From positions 1 to 40,512 of the IMG/VR virus record IMGVR_UViG_3300014613_000044: a stretch of DNA of 40,512 nt. The stretch is one strand, 5' to 3'. Of the stretch, positions 26,334-35,297 are shown piece after piece (the stretch's first letter is position 1; the number at the start of each line of letters is the position of its first letter). The notes beneath the pieces are model-generated. The model saw only the letters and a program-made list of their open reading frames with translations, did not search any database and was not told where the DNA came from. A program made the position numbers and the translations under genes. The DNA comes from a virus (taxonomy: Duplodnaviria > Caudoviricetes).

Positions 26334-26460
26334 CGTGGTGTTGTGTCTGAATATGGGGTGGAGCTGGAGCGAGTTGATGGCGGCGCCGGTGTGGGTGGTG
26401 GAGGATTTGAAAACATACTGGCGGAAGCGGGGGGCGGTGGACCGGGAGCGGCGGAGGTAG
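26275..26460 (+). CDS. Frameshift-accessed tail chaperone extension
   Basis: +1 frame FEIDLEV...LCLNMGWSWSELMAAPVWVVEDL...*; open from 26218, no good independent start. Confidence 0.65.
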   Translation, partial: FEIDLEVAIRNGTGLPLDPDVVLCLNMGWSWSELMAAPVWVVEDLKTYWRKRGAVDRERRR

Positions 26461-26512
26461 AGCAGGATTGAGAGCAGGATTGAGAGCAGGATTGGGAGAA
26501 TGGACGGATAGG
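26459..26512 (+). repeat. Boundary element type B with AGAGCAGGATTG x3
   Basis: Related copies at 5465 and 28372. Confidence 0.85.
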
Positions 26513-26520
26513 AGTGGACG

Positions 26521-28368
26521 ATGCTGACGAGCCAGGCGGCGTTGGAACTGATTCTGCAGGCGAAGGATGAGGCGTCGAGCATTCTCAGCGGATTGGGGGG
26601 GGCGCTGGGGGATCTGGGGGGGGTGGCGGCGGGGATCGCGACGGGCGGGTTGGCGCTGGCAGCGGGCGCGGTGACCGGGCTGGCGGCGGGGGCGGGGGCG
26701 GCGGCGATGGACGTGTGGGATTTTTCGCGGGACAGCCAGGAGGCGCTGAAACTTTTCAGCGCGCGGACGGGGATCGCGGGGGAGGACCTGGCGGGGTTCC
26801 GGGATGTGGCGCGGGATGTGTACGCGGCCGGCCTGGGGGAGAGTATCGACGAGGTGACCGCGGTGATGGGGGAGGCGCACACGATCCTCGGCGAGACGGA
26901 GGGGGCGCTGGAGGATACGACGCGGCGGGCGATGACGCTGGCGGATACGTTCGAGCTGGATGTGGCGGAGTCACTGGGGGTCGTCAGCGGGATGATGAGC
27001 GCGGGGCTGGTGGAGTCGAGCCAGGAGGCGTTCGACACAATCACCGCCGGGTTCCAGATGGGGCTGGACCGGGCAGGGGATTTCCAGGATACGGTCAGGG
27101 AGTATAGCAGCGATTTCGACCGGGCTGGATTTGCGGCGGATGAGATGCTGTCGATGCTGAGCGCGGGCCTCGAGGCGGGGGCGTACAATACGGACGTCAT
27201 CGCCGATGGGGTGCGTGAGTTCGGGATCCGGTTCGGGGGGGCGGAGGAGAGCGCGGGGAAGGCGCTGGATGCGATCGGGCTGGATTCGGAAAAGTTGTTC
27301 CAACTGTACAGTGAGGGCAGGTTGACGACGGCCGAGGCAATGGAGGTGGTGACCGGGGCGCTGGGCGGCGTTGAGGATGCGACATTGCTGGCGCAGGCCG
27401 GGGCGGCGCTATTCGGCAGCAAGTGGGAAGATATTGGGGGTGACGTCTTTCTGGCGGCTGGGGATGCGATCGAGGGGATCGAGGGAATCGAGGGGGCGAC
27501 GGACCGGGCGGGGGAGACGATGAGCACGGGGCTGGGGGGGGCGCTGGAGCGGCTGCAGCGGACGTTCGAGACGTCGTTCGCGCCGCTCGGAGACGAGATC
27601 GGGGCGATCGTAGACGACGCGGCGCCGTATCTGGACGATTTCGGCCAATGGCTGGGGGAAAAGATTCCGCAGGGAATCGAGTGGCTGGGCGAGAAGTGGG
27701 TCGAGCTGCAGCCGACGGTGGATTGGTTTCGGGACCAGTTCAAGGATTTCACAACGACGGTGTTGCCACCATTGCGAGAGGGCTGGGACAATCTGCGGGA
27801 GGGCGGAGAGTGGATCGCAGAGACCTGGCGGGAGGATCTGCAACCGGCGCTGGAGAAGCTGGCGGAGGCGCTGGGGCTCAATACCGGTGAGACTGGCGGG
27901 TTTGGCGAGATACTCGGTGAATTGGCAGGATCCAGTGCGTGGGCGTTATTGGAAGGCGGCATTATGATGGTGAAGGGTGCGATTAGCCTGCTCACGATCG
28001 CCACCGATGGGGTCGGGAACACGATCGAGGGATTACGGGGCACGATTGATTGGTTTAGAGATCAGATAGACGCGCTGGCGGGGCTGAGGTTGCCGGATTG
28101 GCTGACGCCGGGCTCCCCCACCCCGCTCGAGGTGGGGCTGCGGGGGATTGCGGATGCGATCGGCGGGATGCCCGACCTTTCCTTTGGATTCGGGATGGGG
28201 GCGGGGTTGCCTGCGCTGGCGGGGATGGGTGGCGGGGGGAGTGTGACGGTGACGATCCACAATCACTATGGGGCGGGGAGTGTGCGGGATGACCGGGACA
28301 TTGAGGAGATCGCGCGGCGGCAGCAGGAGATGCTGCAGTTGCGCGGGGTGAGGACGTTCGAGGTGTGA
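26521..28368 (+). CDS. Tail tape measure protein
   Basis: ILQAKDEAS N-terminus, Ala/Gly-rich helices, Trp/Phe periodic repeats, PDWLTPGSP. Confidence 0.92.
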   Translation: MLTSQAALELILQAKDEASSILSGLGGALGDLGGVAAGIATGGLALAAGAVTGLAAGAGAAAMDVWDFSRDSQEALKLFSARTGIAGEDLAGFRDVARDVYAAGLGESIDEVTAVMGEAHTILGETEGALEDTTRRAMTLADTFELDVAESLGVVSGMMSAGLVESSQEAFDTITAGFQMGLDRAGDFQDTVREYSSDFDRAGFAADEMLSMLSAGLEAGAYNTDVIADGVREFGIRFGGAEESAGKALDAIGLDSEKLFQLYSEGRLTTAEAMEVVTGALGGVEDATLLAQAGAALFGSKWEDIGGDVFLAAGDAIEGIEGIEGATDRAGETMSTGLGGALERLQRTFETSFAPLGDEIGAIVDDAAPYLDDFGQWLGEKIPQGIEWLGEKWVELQPTVDWFRDQFKDFTTTVLPPLREGWDNLREGGEWIAETWREDLQPALEKLAEALGLNTGETGGFGEILGELAGSSAWALLEGGIMMVKGAISLLTIATDGVGNTIEGLRGTIDWFRDQIDALAGLRLPDWLTPGSPTPLEVGLRGIADAIGGMPDLSFGFGMGAGLPALAGMGGGGSVTVTIHNHYGAGSVRDDRDIEEIARRQQEMLQLRGVRTFEV

Positions 28369-28396
28369 GGAAGAGCAGGATGGGGAGAATTAGCGG

Positions 28397-31300
28397 ATGG
28401 CTGGATTGACGATCACGGTCGGGGGGAACGATATTACGGCGTACGTGGATGTGCGATCGCTGGTGATCGAGGAGGTGGGGACGGAGATCGTGGCGAGATG
28501 CTCGTTCAAGGTGCGGGACCACAGCGGGACGGTATCGATCGTAACCAAGGACACGATCGACGTCGACGATGACGGCACGACCATCTTTGCGGGCGAGGTG
28601 GCTACGCTGGAGATGGAGCAGGAGGGGGTGGCGAAGGCGTGGTCGCTGCGGGGCCAGGATTATAACATCCTGTTGGAGGAGACGACTATCGAGAGCGAGT
28701 CATACGAGGCGGGGGTGGCGGACAGCGCGATCATCGCGGACCTGTTCACAGATTACCGGAGCGACATCGACGGCAGCACGTACGTGGCCACGCTGGACGC
28801 GTCGATGGAGACGGTCGCGTTCGCGGGGATGACGCTGCGGGAGATCCTGGATGACCTGGCCAGGCGGACGGGAGCCAGGTATTACGTGGATTACGACAAG
28901 AATCTACACTGGTTTAGTGCAGAGTCTAACGACGCGAGCTTTGGCCTGAGCACCTCGCCGGACGGTGTGACGACCTACCCGTTCGGCGGTTTCCGCAAGG
29001 TGGAGGATGCGACGCGGATCGCTGACAAGGTGTTCGTGCTGGGCAAGGGGATATCGGGCTGGTATCCGGCCGGGACGCCGGATTACGATGGGACCACGCG
29101 GCACGCGGTGAGCCGGGATCAGCGGATCTCGACCGCGCAGGGCGTCACCGACCGGGGGACGGCGATCTACAACCGGTTCGCCACGGCGCGGGAGACGTAC
29201 GAGCTGTGGACGGAAAAGGACGGTTTAAGGGCGGGGCAGTCGGTGGCGGTGACGAACGCGACGTGGGGGATCTCGGCGCAATCGTTCTACATCCGGCGGA
29301 TCAGCACGGAGATATTGGCGACGTCGGGGGACACGCGGCGGTATCACCTCCAGTTGAACGACGAGGCGCCGGATCCAGCGCGATCGGCGCGGCAGAACTC
29401 GCTGATCATCGCGACGATCGAGACGGTGGTCAACAGTGTGTCGGATACGGTGTTCGACACGGATGCGCCCAGCGCACCGGATGCGCTCGGGGTCGCGAAT
29501 ATCACGACCGGCGTGTCGTTGGACGCGGATGGTCACCAGATCGTGTACGTGGAGGTCACGTGGAGTGAGGTCTCGGACAGCGACCTGGATCACTACCAGA
29601 TCCAGCTTTCGACGCAAAGCGATTTTACCAGCGACATCATCTCCCGGAACCACCCGGCGGGTGGATCACGACACGAGCGATTTGCGGGACTCCTGGGCAA
29701 CACAACGTACTATGTGCGGGTGCGGGCGACGGATTGGGTGGGGAACGATAGCGCGTGGGATTACGGGGAGGAGTCGGCGTACAGTTTCACGAGCTCGAAG
29801 GACAGCAGCGCGCCGAGCCAGGTGGCGAACCTGAGCGCGGCAGCCAGCAGGACCCTCATTGGCTTGTCCTGGGACAACAACTCAGAGGCTGATCTGGCGT
29901 ACTATGAGATCCAGAGGGACACGGACAGTGAGGGGGCTCCAGCGGGTTCGTGGGCCACAATCGCGCACGCCTACCTCAGTTTCTACATCGACCAGGATTT
30001 CAGCGACGAGGAGATCGCGGGCGAGGACACGTTCTGGTATCGGGTGCGGGCGGTCGATACCTCCGCGAACAAGGGGGACTGGGCGACGCAGACGAGCGCA
30101 CAACTGACGCAGATCGCGGCGGATCACCTGGCGGCGGGATGCATCACGACGGCGAAGCTGTTCGCCGGGGCGGTGACGGCGGAAAAGATCACGGTGGCGC
30201 AGCTCAGCGCGATCGCGGCGGATCTGGGGACGATCACGGCGGGGACCGTGACGGGGGCAACGATCCGGACGGCGGCGAGCGGCGCGCGGGTGGTGTTGGA
30301 TTCCACGGATGGGCTCCAGTGCTACAACTCTGGTGAGACGCTGTGCGCGCAGATCGACGTGGACGGATCGGGGCAGATCGGGGCGAGCGGCGGGGCGGTG
30401 CCACCGCTGACGTGGAACGCGCTGGGACAGTTCAACAGGTTGCAGGCGAACCAGTTGCAGATTGGCCAGCAGTGTTTCAACAGCGCCGATGGGCTACTGT
30501 TGCTTGGGCCGCATTGCTACATCTCGCCAACGGCGTGGCGGTCGTTGCGCGGGCAGGTGGCGACGCTGAGCGGGGCGTTCCACCAGGTGCAGGGGATGTG
30601 GTTGGAGACACGAGGGCTGGTGGTGGAGGAAGCTACCACCAACCTGATCACAAATCCATCTATTGAGACGAATGCTGATGGGTGGCTTCCATCTGTAGGC
30701 ACGGAGACGATCACACAGAGCGCAGATTATGCATTGTTTGGGGACTATTCTCTGAAGATCATAACTGCAATTGCTGGCGCGGGTGAAGCCGGAGCGTATC
30801 GGACGGTGACAACACAGACCGCTGCCAGTACCCAATACACCTTCAGCGTGTGGTTAAGAGGCGAGGGCACGGTACGTCTTTGGGTATATGATGTGGGAGC
30901 AGGCAGCCAGTACAGTAGCAGTATTACTCTAACAAGCACGTGGACACGGTACACGCTTACGTTTACGTATGGTGCTGGCGCTGCGAGGTACGTGGGCATC
31001 CTCAATGTCAACACAGCTACAGAGGCGATCACATTCTACGCAGACGGTGCACAATTAGAGGCAAAAGCCTACCCTACGTCCTACTGTGATGGTGCGCAGG
31101 GTACGGGATATACCTGGACTGGTGCAGCTCACGCCAGTACGAGCACACGCGCTGCAACAGAGGTCAATCTGGATGCCTACTCTGGCCTGGTCAGTGGAAA
31201 CAACACACTCAGCGTCAGAGTGGTTGCACAGGCACCATTTGCATCGACTGAGGACTGGTCCACAAACAACGCTCCAATCCTGTGGACGGCCTTTGGCGCG

Positions 31301-32287
31301 GGAGTTGACATCATACAGTTGTACTTTACAGGCGGGGATCTGCTCCTATATATCGGCGGTACTACTTGTGTCCAAACCGCTGTGACTTTTGCACAGGGCG
31401 ATTGGTTGGACGTAGTGGCCACCATCGACTTCACGAATGATGCGTATAAGGTGTACTTGAATGGCGAGCTGTTGGACACAGACACAACGGTACTTGCACC
31501 ATTCGCTACCACGGCCATGAACGTCGGAGCGTACACAGATGGCCAATACTGGTGGGATGGCCCAATCGCGGAGTTTGCTATCTTCGACAAAGTGTTGACG
31601 GCAGCGGAGGTGGCGCAGTTGTACAACCTCCAGCGGCCACTGATCGATGCGGGGGCGATGGAGACGCCGGGGATCTACATCTACGATGGGAAATTCAGGA
31701 TCTCGAGCAGTTCGACCGGGAACCGGATCGAGATGACGGCGGATGAGATCGCGGGGTATGATAGTGCGGGTACCAAGCAGTTCTATCTGCAGGCGAGCGA
31801 CGGGAAGGCGATGGCGGGGGCGGGGGCGGTGACGCTCGACGAATCCGGGATTAGAATTGCCTGTGGAACCGGGACAGCCAACTATATCCAATTCCGCGAC
31901 GGTAGCGTCACGCGGGGATACGTGTACCAAAACGTAACCGGCGACCACCCATCGCTGTACGTCTTCTCTGGACCGGCGAACGCTGCAAACAAGTACAGCG
32001 ACTTGCACCTGGTGGCATATCCACACACCGGAAGCGCAACTAGCATCATATTGCAATCTGAGTACACCGGTGTGGACGGATATATGGTTGCATCCATCGA
32101 CGGAGCTGCAAGGCTGTACATCAAAGACCACGGCATCAAGGTTGGCGGGGACATCCGGTTAACGGATGGGGTCCTACCGCCGACACACGAGGCCGGTTAT
32201 GCCATCCTCTACATCGACAGCGAGGACGGGGACCTGAAGATCAAGTTCGGAGATGGATTTATCAGAACGATTGCTACAGATAGTTAG
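28397..32287 (+). CDS. Large tail tip/central fibre protein (hub, 2 FN3, CBM-like, LamG-like)
   Basis: YYVRVRATD and FWYRVRAVD FN3 motifs; TNLITNPSIE...DGAQLE CBM-like; YLNGEL and IFDKVLTAAEV LamG-like. Confidence 0.85.
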   Translation: MAGLTITVGGNDITAYVDVRSLVIEEVGTEIVARCSFKVRDHSGTVSIVTKDTIDVDDDGTTIFAGEVATLEMEQEGVAKAWSLRGQDYNILLEETTIESESYEAGVADSAIIADLFTDYRSDIDGSTYVATLDASMETVAFAGMTLREILDDLARRTGARYYVDYDKNLHWFSAESNDASFGLSTSPDGVTTYPFGGFRKVEDATRIADKVFVLGKGISGWYPAGTPDYDGTTRHAVSRDQRISTAQGVTDRGTAIYNRFATARETYELWTEKDGLRAGQSVAVTNATWGISAQSFYIRRISTEILATSGDTRRYHLQLNDEAPDPARSARQNSLIIATIETVVNSVSDTVFDTDAPSAPDALGVANITTGVSLDADGHQIVYVEVTWSEVSDSDLDHYQIQLSTQSDFTSDIISRNHPAGGSRHERFAGLLGNTTYYVRVRATDWVGNDSAWDYGEESAYSFTSSKDSSAPSQVANLSAAASRTLIGLSWDNNSEADLAYYEIQRDTDSEGAPAGSWATIAHAYLSFYIDQDFSDEEIAGEDTFWYRVRAVDTSANKGDWATQTSAQLTQIAADHLAAGCITTAKLFAGAVTAEKITVAQLSAIAADLGTITAGTVTGATIRTAASGARVVLDSTDGLQCYNSGETLCAQIDVDGSGQIGASGGAVPPLTWNALGQFNRLQANQLQIGQQCFNSADGLLLLGPHCYISPTAWRSLRGQVATLSGAFHQVQGMWLETRGLVVEEATTNLITNPSIETNADGWLPSVGTETITQSADYALFGDYSLKIITAIAGAGEAGAYRTVTTQTAASTQYTFSVWLRGEGTVRLWVYDVGAGSQYSSSITLTSTWTRYTLTFTYGAGAARYVGILNVNTATEAITFYADGAQLEAKAYPTSYCDGAQGTGYTWTGAAHASTSTRAATEVNLDAYSGLVSGNNTLSVRVVAQAPFASTEDWSTNNAPILWTAFGAGVDIIQLYFTGGDLLLYIGGTTCVQTAVTFAQGDWLDVVATIDFTNDAYKVYLNGELLDTDTTVLAPFATTAMNVGAYTDGQYWWDGPIAEFAIFDKVLTAAEVAQLYNLQRPLIDAGAMETPGIYIYDGKFRISSSSTGNRIEMTADEIAGYDSAGTKQFYLQASDGKAMAGAGAVTLDESGIRIACGTGTANYIQFRDGSVTRGYVYQNVTGDHPSLYVFSGPANAANKYSDLHLVAYPHTGSATSIILQSEYTGVDGYMVASIDGAARLYIKDHGIKVGGDIRLTDGVLPPTHEAGYAILYIDSEDGDLKIKFGDGFIRTIATDS

Positions 32288-32294
32288 GAGGATT

Positions 32295-32675
32295 ATGAGC
32301 GTATCGACGAGCGGGCTGGCGAAGAAATTGAAGGAACTCCTCGGCGTGGAGACGAACGCCGAGGTGTTGGAGCGGGTGCAGAAGCTGCGGCGGCCACGGG
32401 CCGGGCCGGTGATCGTGGCAGTGGCGTGGCAGCCAGGTGAACCGACGGCGGCGGTGAGCGTGCTATCGGGCCAGGATGCGCCGATGGCGCACGTGGCGGA
32501 AGCACTCAGGCGGGGGGAGGCGGTGGTGATGGCGCAGATGGAGCAGATCGCGATGCAGGCACAGAGCGAGGCGGCGCGGCTGCGGGCGGAGCTCGCGAAG
32601 GCTTCTGCAGCAGAAGACGAGCAAGGGGAGTTGCGAAAACAGGCCAAAAAGGGCGTCGCGACGCCAGGATCCTGA
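32295..32675 (+). CDS. Hypothetical protein, last late gene
   Basis: AGGAGG RBS, ATG 32295. Confidence 0.65.
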   Translation: MSVSTSGLAKKLKELLGVETNAEVLERVQKLRRPRAGPVIVAVAWQPGEPTAAVSVLSGQDAPMAHVAEALRRGEAVVMAQMEQIAMQAQSEAARLRAELAKASAAEDEQGELRKQAKKGVATPGS

Positions 32676-32726
32676 CGGAGCTGCACCTGGCCAGGAGTGT
32701 GTCTGGAGTCGGCTTGCACGAAATTG

Positions 32727-33719
32727 CTACAAATTCCAGTTGGCGACGGGTGATGCGCGGCGGTGGGCGTTTTCGACGTCGGCCTCGGCGAGTTCGATGT
32801 AGCGTCTCACCATCTCCAGGGTAGAGTGGCCCAGGATGTCCTGTAAGGCGTAGAGATTTCCCCCATTTCGTAGGAAATTGACGGCGAACGTGTGACGGAA
32901 CCGGTGCGGGTGTGCATCGGGGACGCCAGCGCGTTCGCCGGTTCGTTTTATGAGCTGGTAGAGGCCGGACGTGGAGAGCGGGATCCCGTCCCGGCCGATG
33001 ACGAGGAGCTCGTCAGGCTGGGCGTCGGAGCGGGAGAGGAGGTAGCGCCAGATGGCCTTGGCGGTGCGGTGGGAGATGGGGACGAAACGCTCTTTGCTCC
33101 CTTTGCCGAAGATGCGCAGGCGATGGTTGTCCAGGTCCACATCGGCGATGTGGAGGCCTCCAGCGCGGCGGCGTGGGGAGATGCAGAGCTCGGAGGCGCG
33201 GATCCCGGTGTCGAGGAGGATGAGGAGGATCATCCGGTCGCGCTTGGCGGTGGGGCGGGCGTGGTCAGATTCGCGTTTCCCAGGGCGGGTGTAGCGCTCG
33301 GAGCGGTCAAGGACGGCGACCATCGCGCGAATGTCGGCCTCGGTGAAGGGGTGGATGGCGCGGGATTCGGGCTGGGGGCGGGGGGTGGCCTGGACGACGT
33401 GGGTGGCGGCGAGGTGTTCGGCAACGCACCAGGTCCAGAGGGCAGACAGCGCGGTGTGGTAGTTGAGGATGGTTTTCGCGCTGGGGGTGCGATCGGGGCG
33501 GGGGATGGCGCCGTGGCCGATGGGCTGCTCGGCGACCTGGCGCAGGAAGGACCGAATGTCGTCGGTTGTGATGCTGGCCAGGGGCGGATCGCCGATGAAT
33601 TCCTGGAAGCGGCGGAGGATGGATGTATAGGTCTGGATCGTGCGGGGCGACATCCGGCGGGCGGTGGCGTCGAGCAGATAGCCCTGAATCGCCTGGGACA
33701 GGGTAGGTTGTGGGTTCAT
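32727..33719 (-). CDS. int: Tyrosine integrase
   Basis: LDTGIRASEL, GKGSKER, HPHRFRHTFA, LGHSTLEMVRRY catalytic motifs; GGAG RBS before ATG 33719. Confidence 0.95.
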   Translation of the reverse strand: MNPQPTLSQAIQGYLLDATARRMSPRTIQTYTSILRRFQEFIGDPPLASITTDDIRSFLRQVAEQPIGHGAIPRPDRTPSAKTILNYHTALSALWTWCVAEHLAATHVVQATPRPQPESRAIHPFTEADIRAMVAVLDRSERYTRPGKRESDHARPTAKRDRMILLILLDTGIRASELCISPRRRAGGLHIADVDLDNHRLRIFGKGSKERFVPISHRTAKAIWRYLLSRSDAQPDELLVIGRDGIPLSTSGLYQLIKRTGERAGVPDAHPHRFRHTFAVNFLRNGGNLYALQDILGHSTLEMVRRYIELAEADVENAHRRASPVANWNL

Positions 33720-33864
33720 CCCGATCTCCGGTTCGTGTGGGGGACGCCACGAGATACCCCAGAGAGGCAAATTGCCCTGGGGGCGGGTCCCGATTATCCA
33801 CGGTTCGGGGGTGTTGGCACCGGAGAGTATCGGTTTCGCTGCTAAGAGCAGCCTGATTGTCTGA

Positions 33865-33912
33865 GGCGCGCCCGGCGGGACTTGAACCCACAACATTCGG
33901 TTTCGTAGACCG
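33865..33912 (-). other. attP core: 3' half of tRNA-Arg(ACG)
   Basis: Minus strand reads CGGT-CTACGAA-ACCG anticodon arm, GTGGG-TTCAAGT-CCCGC T-arm, CGGGCGC-G-CC acceptor strand. No 5' half; next to int. Confidence 0.85.
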
Positions 33913-34001
33913 CTGTCCCGACGGGCCAGCCGTAGATAATCGGTGTTGTCTCCGGTAGCAGATTGATTGACGCCGGTAAGGTGCGCGTTCGTTGATCTTG
34001 A

Positions 34002-34196
34002 CTAACGCCGGTTCACAATCTCGGCGTGATGGATCGTGAATTCTCCTTTGGCCACTGATACATTGATATAAGCAGCGTCCACATGGGGCTGTAGAGCGAT
34101 CAGCGTATTGACCACGCATGTGCGGTCATTAGGTAGCAGTGCCGTCCACAGTTCGATAAACTCCTTCCACTGTTGTGTACCCTCGTCGCCTGTCAC
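34002..34196 (-). CDS. Small hypothetical protein in the lysogeny operon
   Basis: GGAGG RBS before GTG; between repressor and attP. Confidence 0.6.
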   Translation of the reverse strand: MTGDEGTQQWKEFIELWTALLPNDRTCVVNTLIALQPHVDAAYINVSVAKGEFTIHHAEIVNRR

Positions 34197-34239
34197 GCAA
34201 TTCCTCCGTTTCCCGCCTGGCTAGGTGCCATTGCCTCCT

Positions 34240-34590
34240 TTATTTGCCTGTATCCTGTCGCGCCTTCACAAGGCTGCGCATCATGATCAATATACGTGCT
34301 CGATCGCCCTCATCCAAGTTTTTGAACAAGGCGACTGCTTCTGATAGGTCTTCGTCAGTAACTGATCGAGGTGGGATGAAACCCGCTTTTTGGAAGACGT
34401 ATTCAATAGGCAAGTGGAATGTATCAGCTATGGCCTTGCAGGTAGTCTTCGTGGGCGGCAATCGCTCACGTGCGCGTCTACTGATACTGGCGTTGGATAC
34501 CTTGGCCAATTTCTCCACTCGATACCAATTGAGGCCTTGATTATTGAGCTCTTTTTCTGCCCATTCCCAGAATGCATCTATTTTGTTCAT
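34240..34590 (-). CDS. XRE-family HTH repressor, no S24 peptidase domain
   Basis: GLNWYRVEKLAKVSNASISR...CKAIADTFHLPIEYVFQKAG; divergent from the early genes. Confidence 0.8.
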   Translation of the reverse strand: MNKIDAFWEWAEKELNNQGLNWYRVEKLAKVSNASISRRARERLPPTKTTCKAIADTFHLPIEYVFQKAGFIPPRSVTDEDLSEAVALFKNLDEGDRARILIMMRSLVKARQDTGK

Positions 34591-34655
34591 AGACAGTTGT
34601 CTCTGCTTTGGTGACAACTATATCATATTGTTAAGAGATTTTTGACCGAGATACC

Positions 34656-34684
34656 TTGACTTTTGTCTCGTAATATGGTAATAT
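34656..34684 (+). promoter_or_regulatory. Early rightward promoter
   Basis: TTGACT, 17 bp, TGn-TAATAT in an AT-rich divergent region. Confidence 0.7.
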
Positions 34685-34734
34685 TAGATTACTTTCACGA
34701 TTAGTGAGATAGAATGCTGCGGTGGGGGGTAATC

Positions 34735-34914
34735 ATGACAGGGATGAAGACGATTTCGCTCAAAGTATCAGCAGAATTGGATCGCCAGTTGAGGATTGTC
34801 GCGGCGATGCAGGATCAAAACCGTTCCGAATTCATTCGAGAGACATTGGAAAATCGCCTGGCCGAGTTGCAGGAACATCAATCCGACGGGGAAGAGGAGG
34901 CCATCGAGATCTGA
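34735..34914 (+). CDS. CopG/Arc-like RHH protein in the cro position
   Basis: KTISLKVSAELDRQLRIVAAMQDQNRSEFIRETL. Confidence 0.8.
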   Translation: MTGMKTISLKVSAELDRQLRIVAAMQDQNRSEFIRETLENRLAELQEHQSDGEEEAIEI

Positions 34915-35031
34915 TCGACATTCCCTGTTGGGCTGTATCCTCCCCATCTCCAGGTTCTCCTTATCTGTTTCCCCCCTTCCCTCCCCACAGCCCAACAGAG
35001 AGCGCCGATAACAATCGAATACTTCTTGGGG

Positions 35032-35235
35032 GTTACGACGTGGGCCGCCTGTGGCGCTCCAGGCGGCCCAATCGGATGGGCAGGAGTAAGGTCTCTCAGA
35101 GACGGTGAAAATCGGCAAATGGGGTGTTGGCACCTGGGGCTGCTGCCGATTGCTGAAGGTCCCCAGAGGTGAGAATCCTCTTACTCCTGCCCAGACGAAA
35201 ATAAGACCAGGCCTGCGATGAGGGCTAATCGTAAC
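35032..35235 (+). ncRNA. Structured tRNA-like non-coding RNA candidate
   Basis: 14-bp closing stem 35077-35090/35180-35193, internal hairpins, T-arm-like GAGG-TGAGAAT-CCTC, outer GTTACGA/TCGTAAC. Confidence 0.6.
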
Positions 35236-35297
35236 AACAGGACTCTAGTCTCATCATCTTAATTCTACCACAGATTTGCGAGGGAGGGGGTTTTTCG

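Noticed and set aside
25881-28043. 720-aa minus-strand ORF, and similar ones at 9921-11306, 19428-21122 and 22738-24042
   Set aside because: Ser/Pro- or Arg/His-rich shadows of well-supported + strand genes.
32892-33845. 317-aa + strand ORF
   Set aside because: Antisense shadow of the integrase; low-complexity Gly/Asp/Val content typical of high-GC shadows.
33865-33940. Complete tRNA-Arg gene
   Set aside because: Only the anticodon arm, T-arm and 3' acceptor strand are present; no D-arm or 5' acceptor strand. Better explained as attP.
35090-35165. Hammerhead ribozyme (GAAA and CTGAAG seen)
   Set aside because: The CUGANGA core and stem order do not fit.
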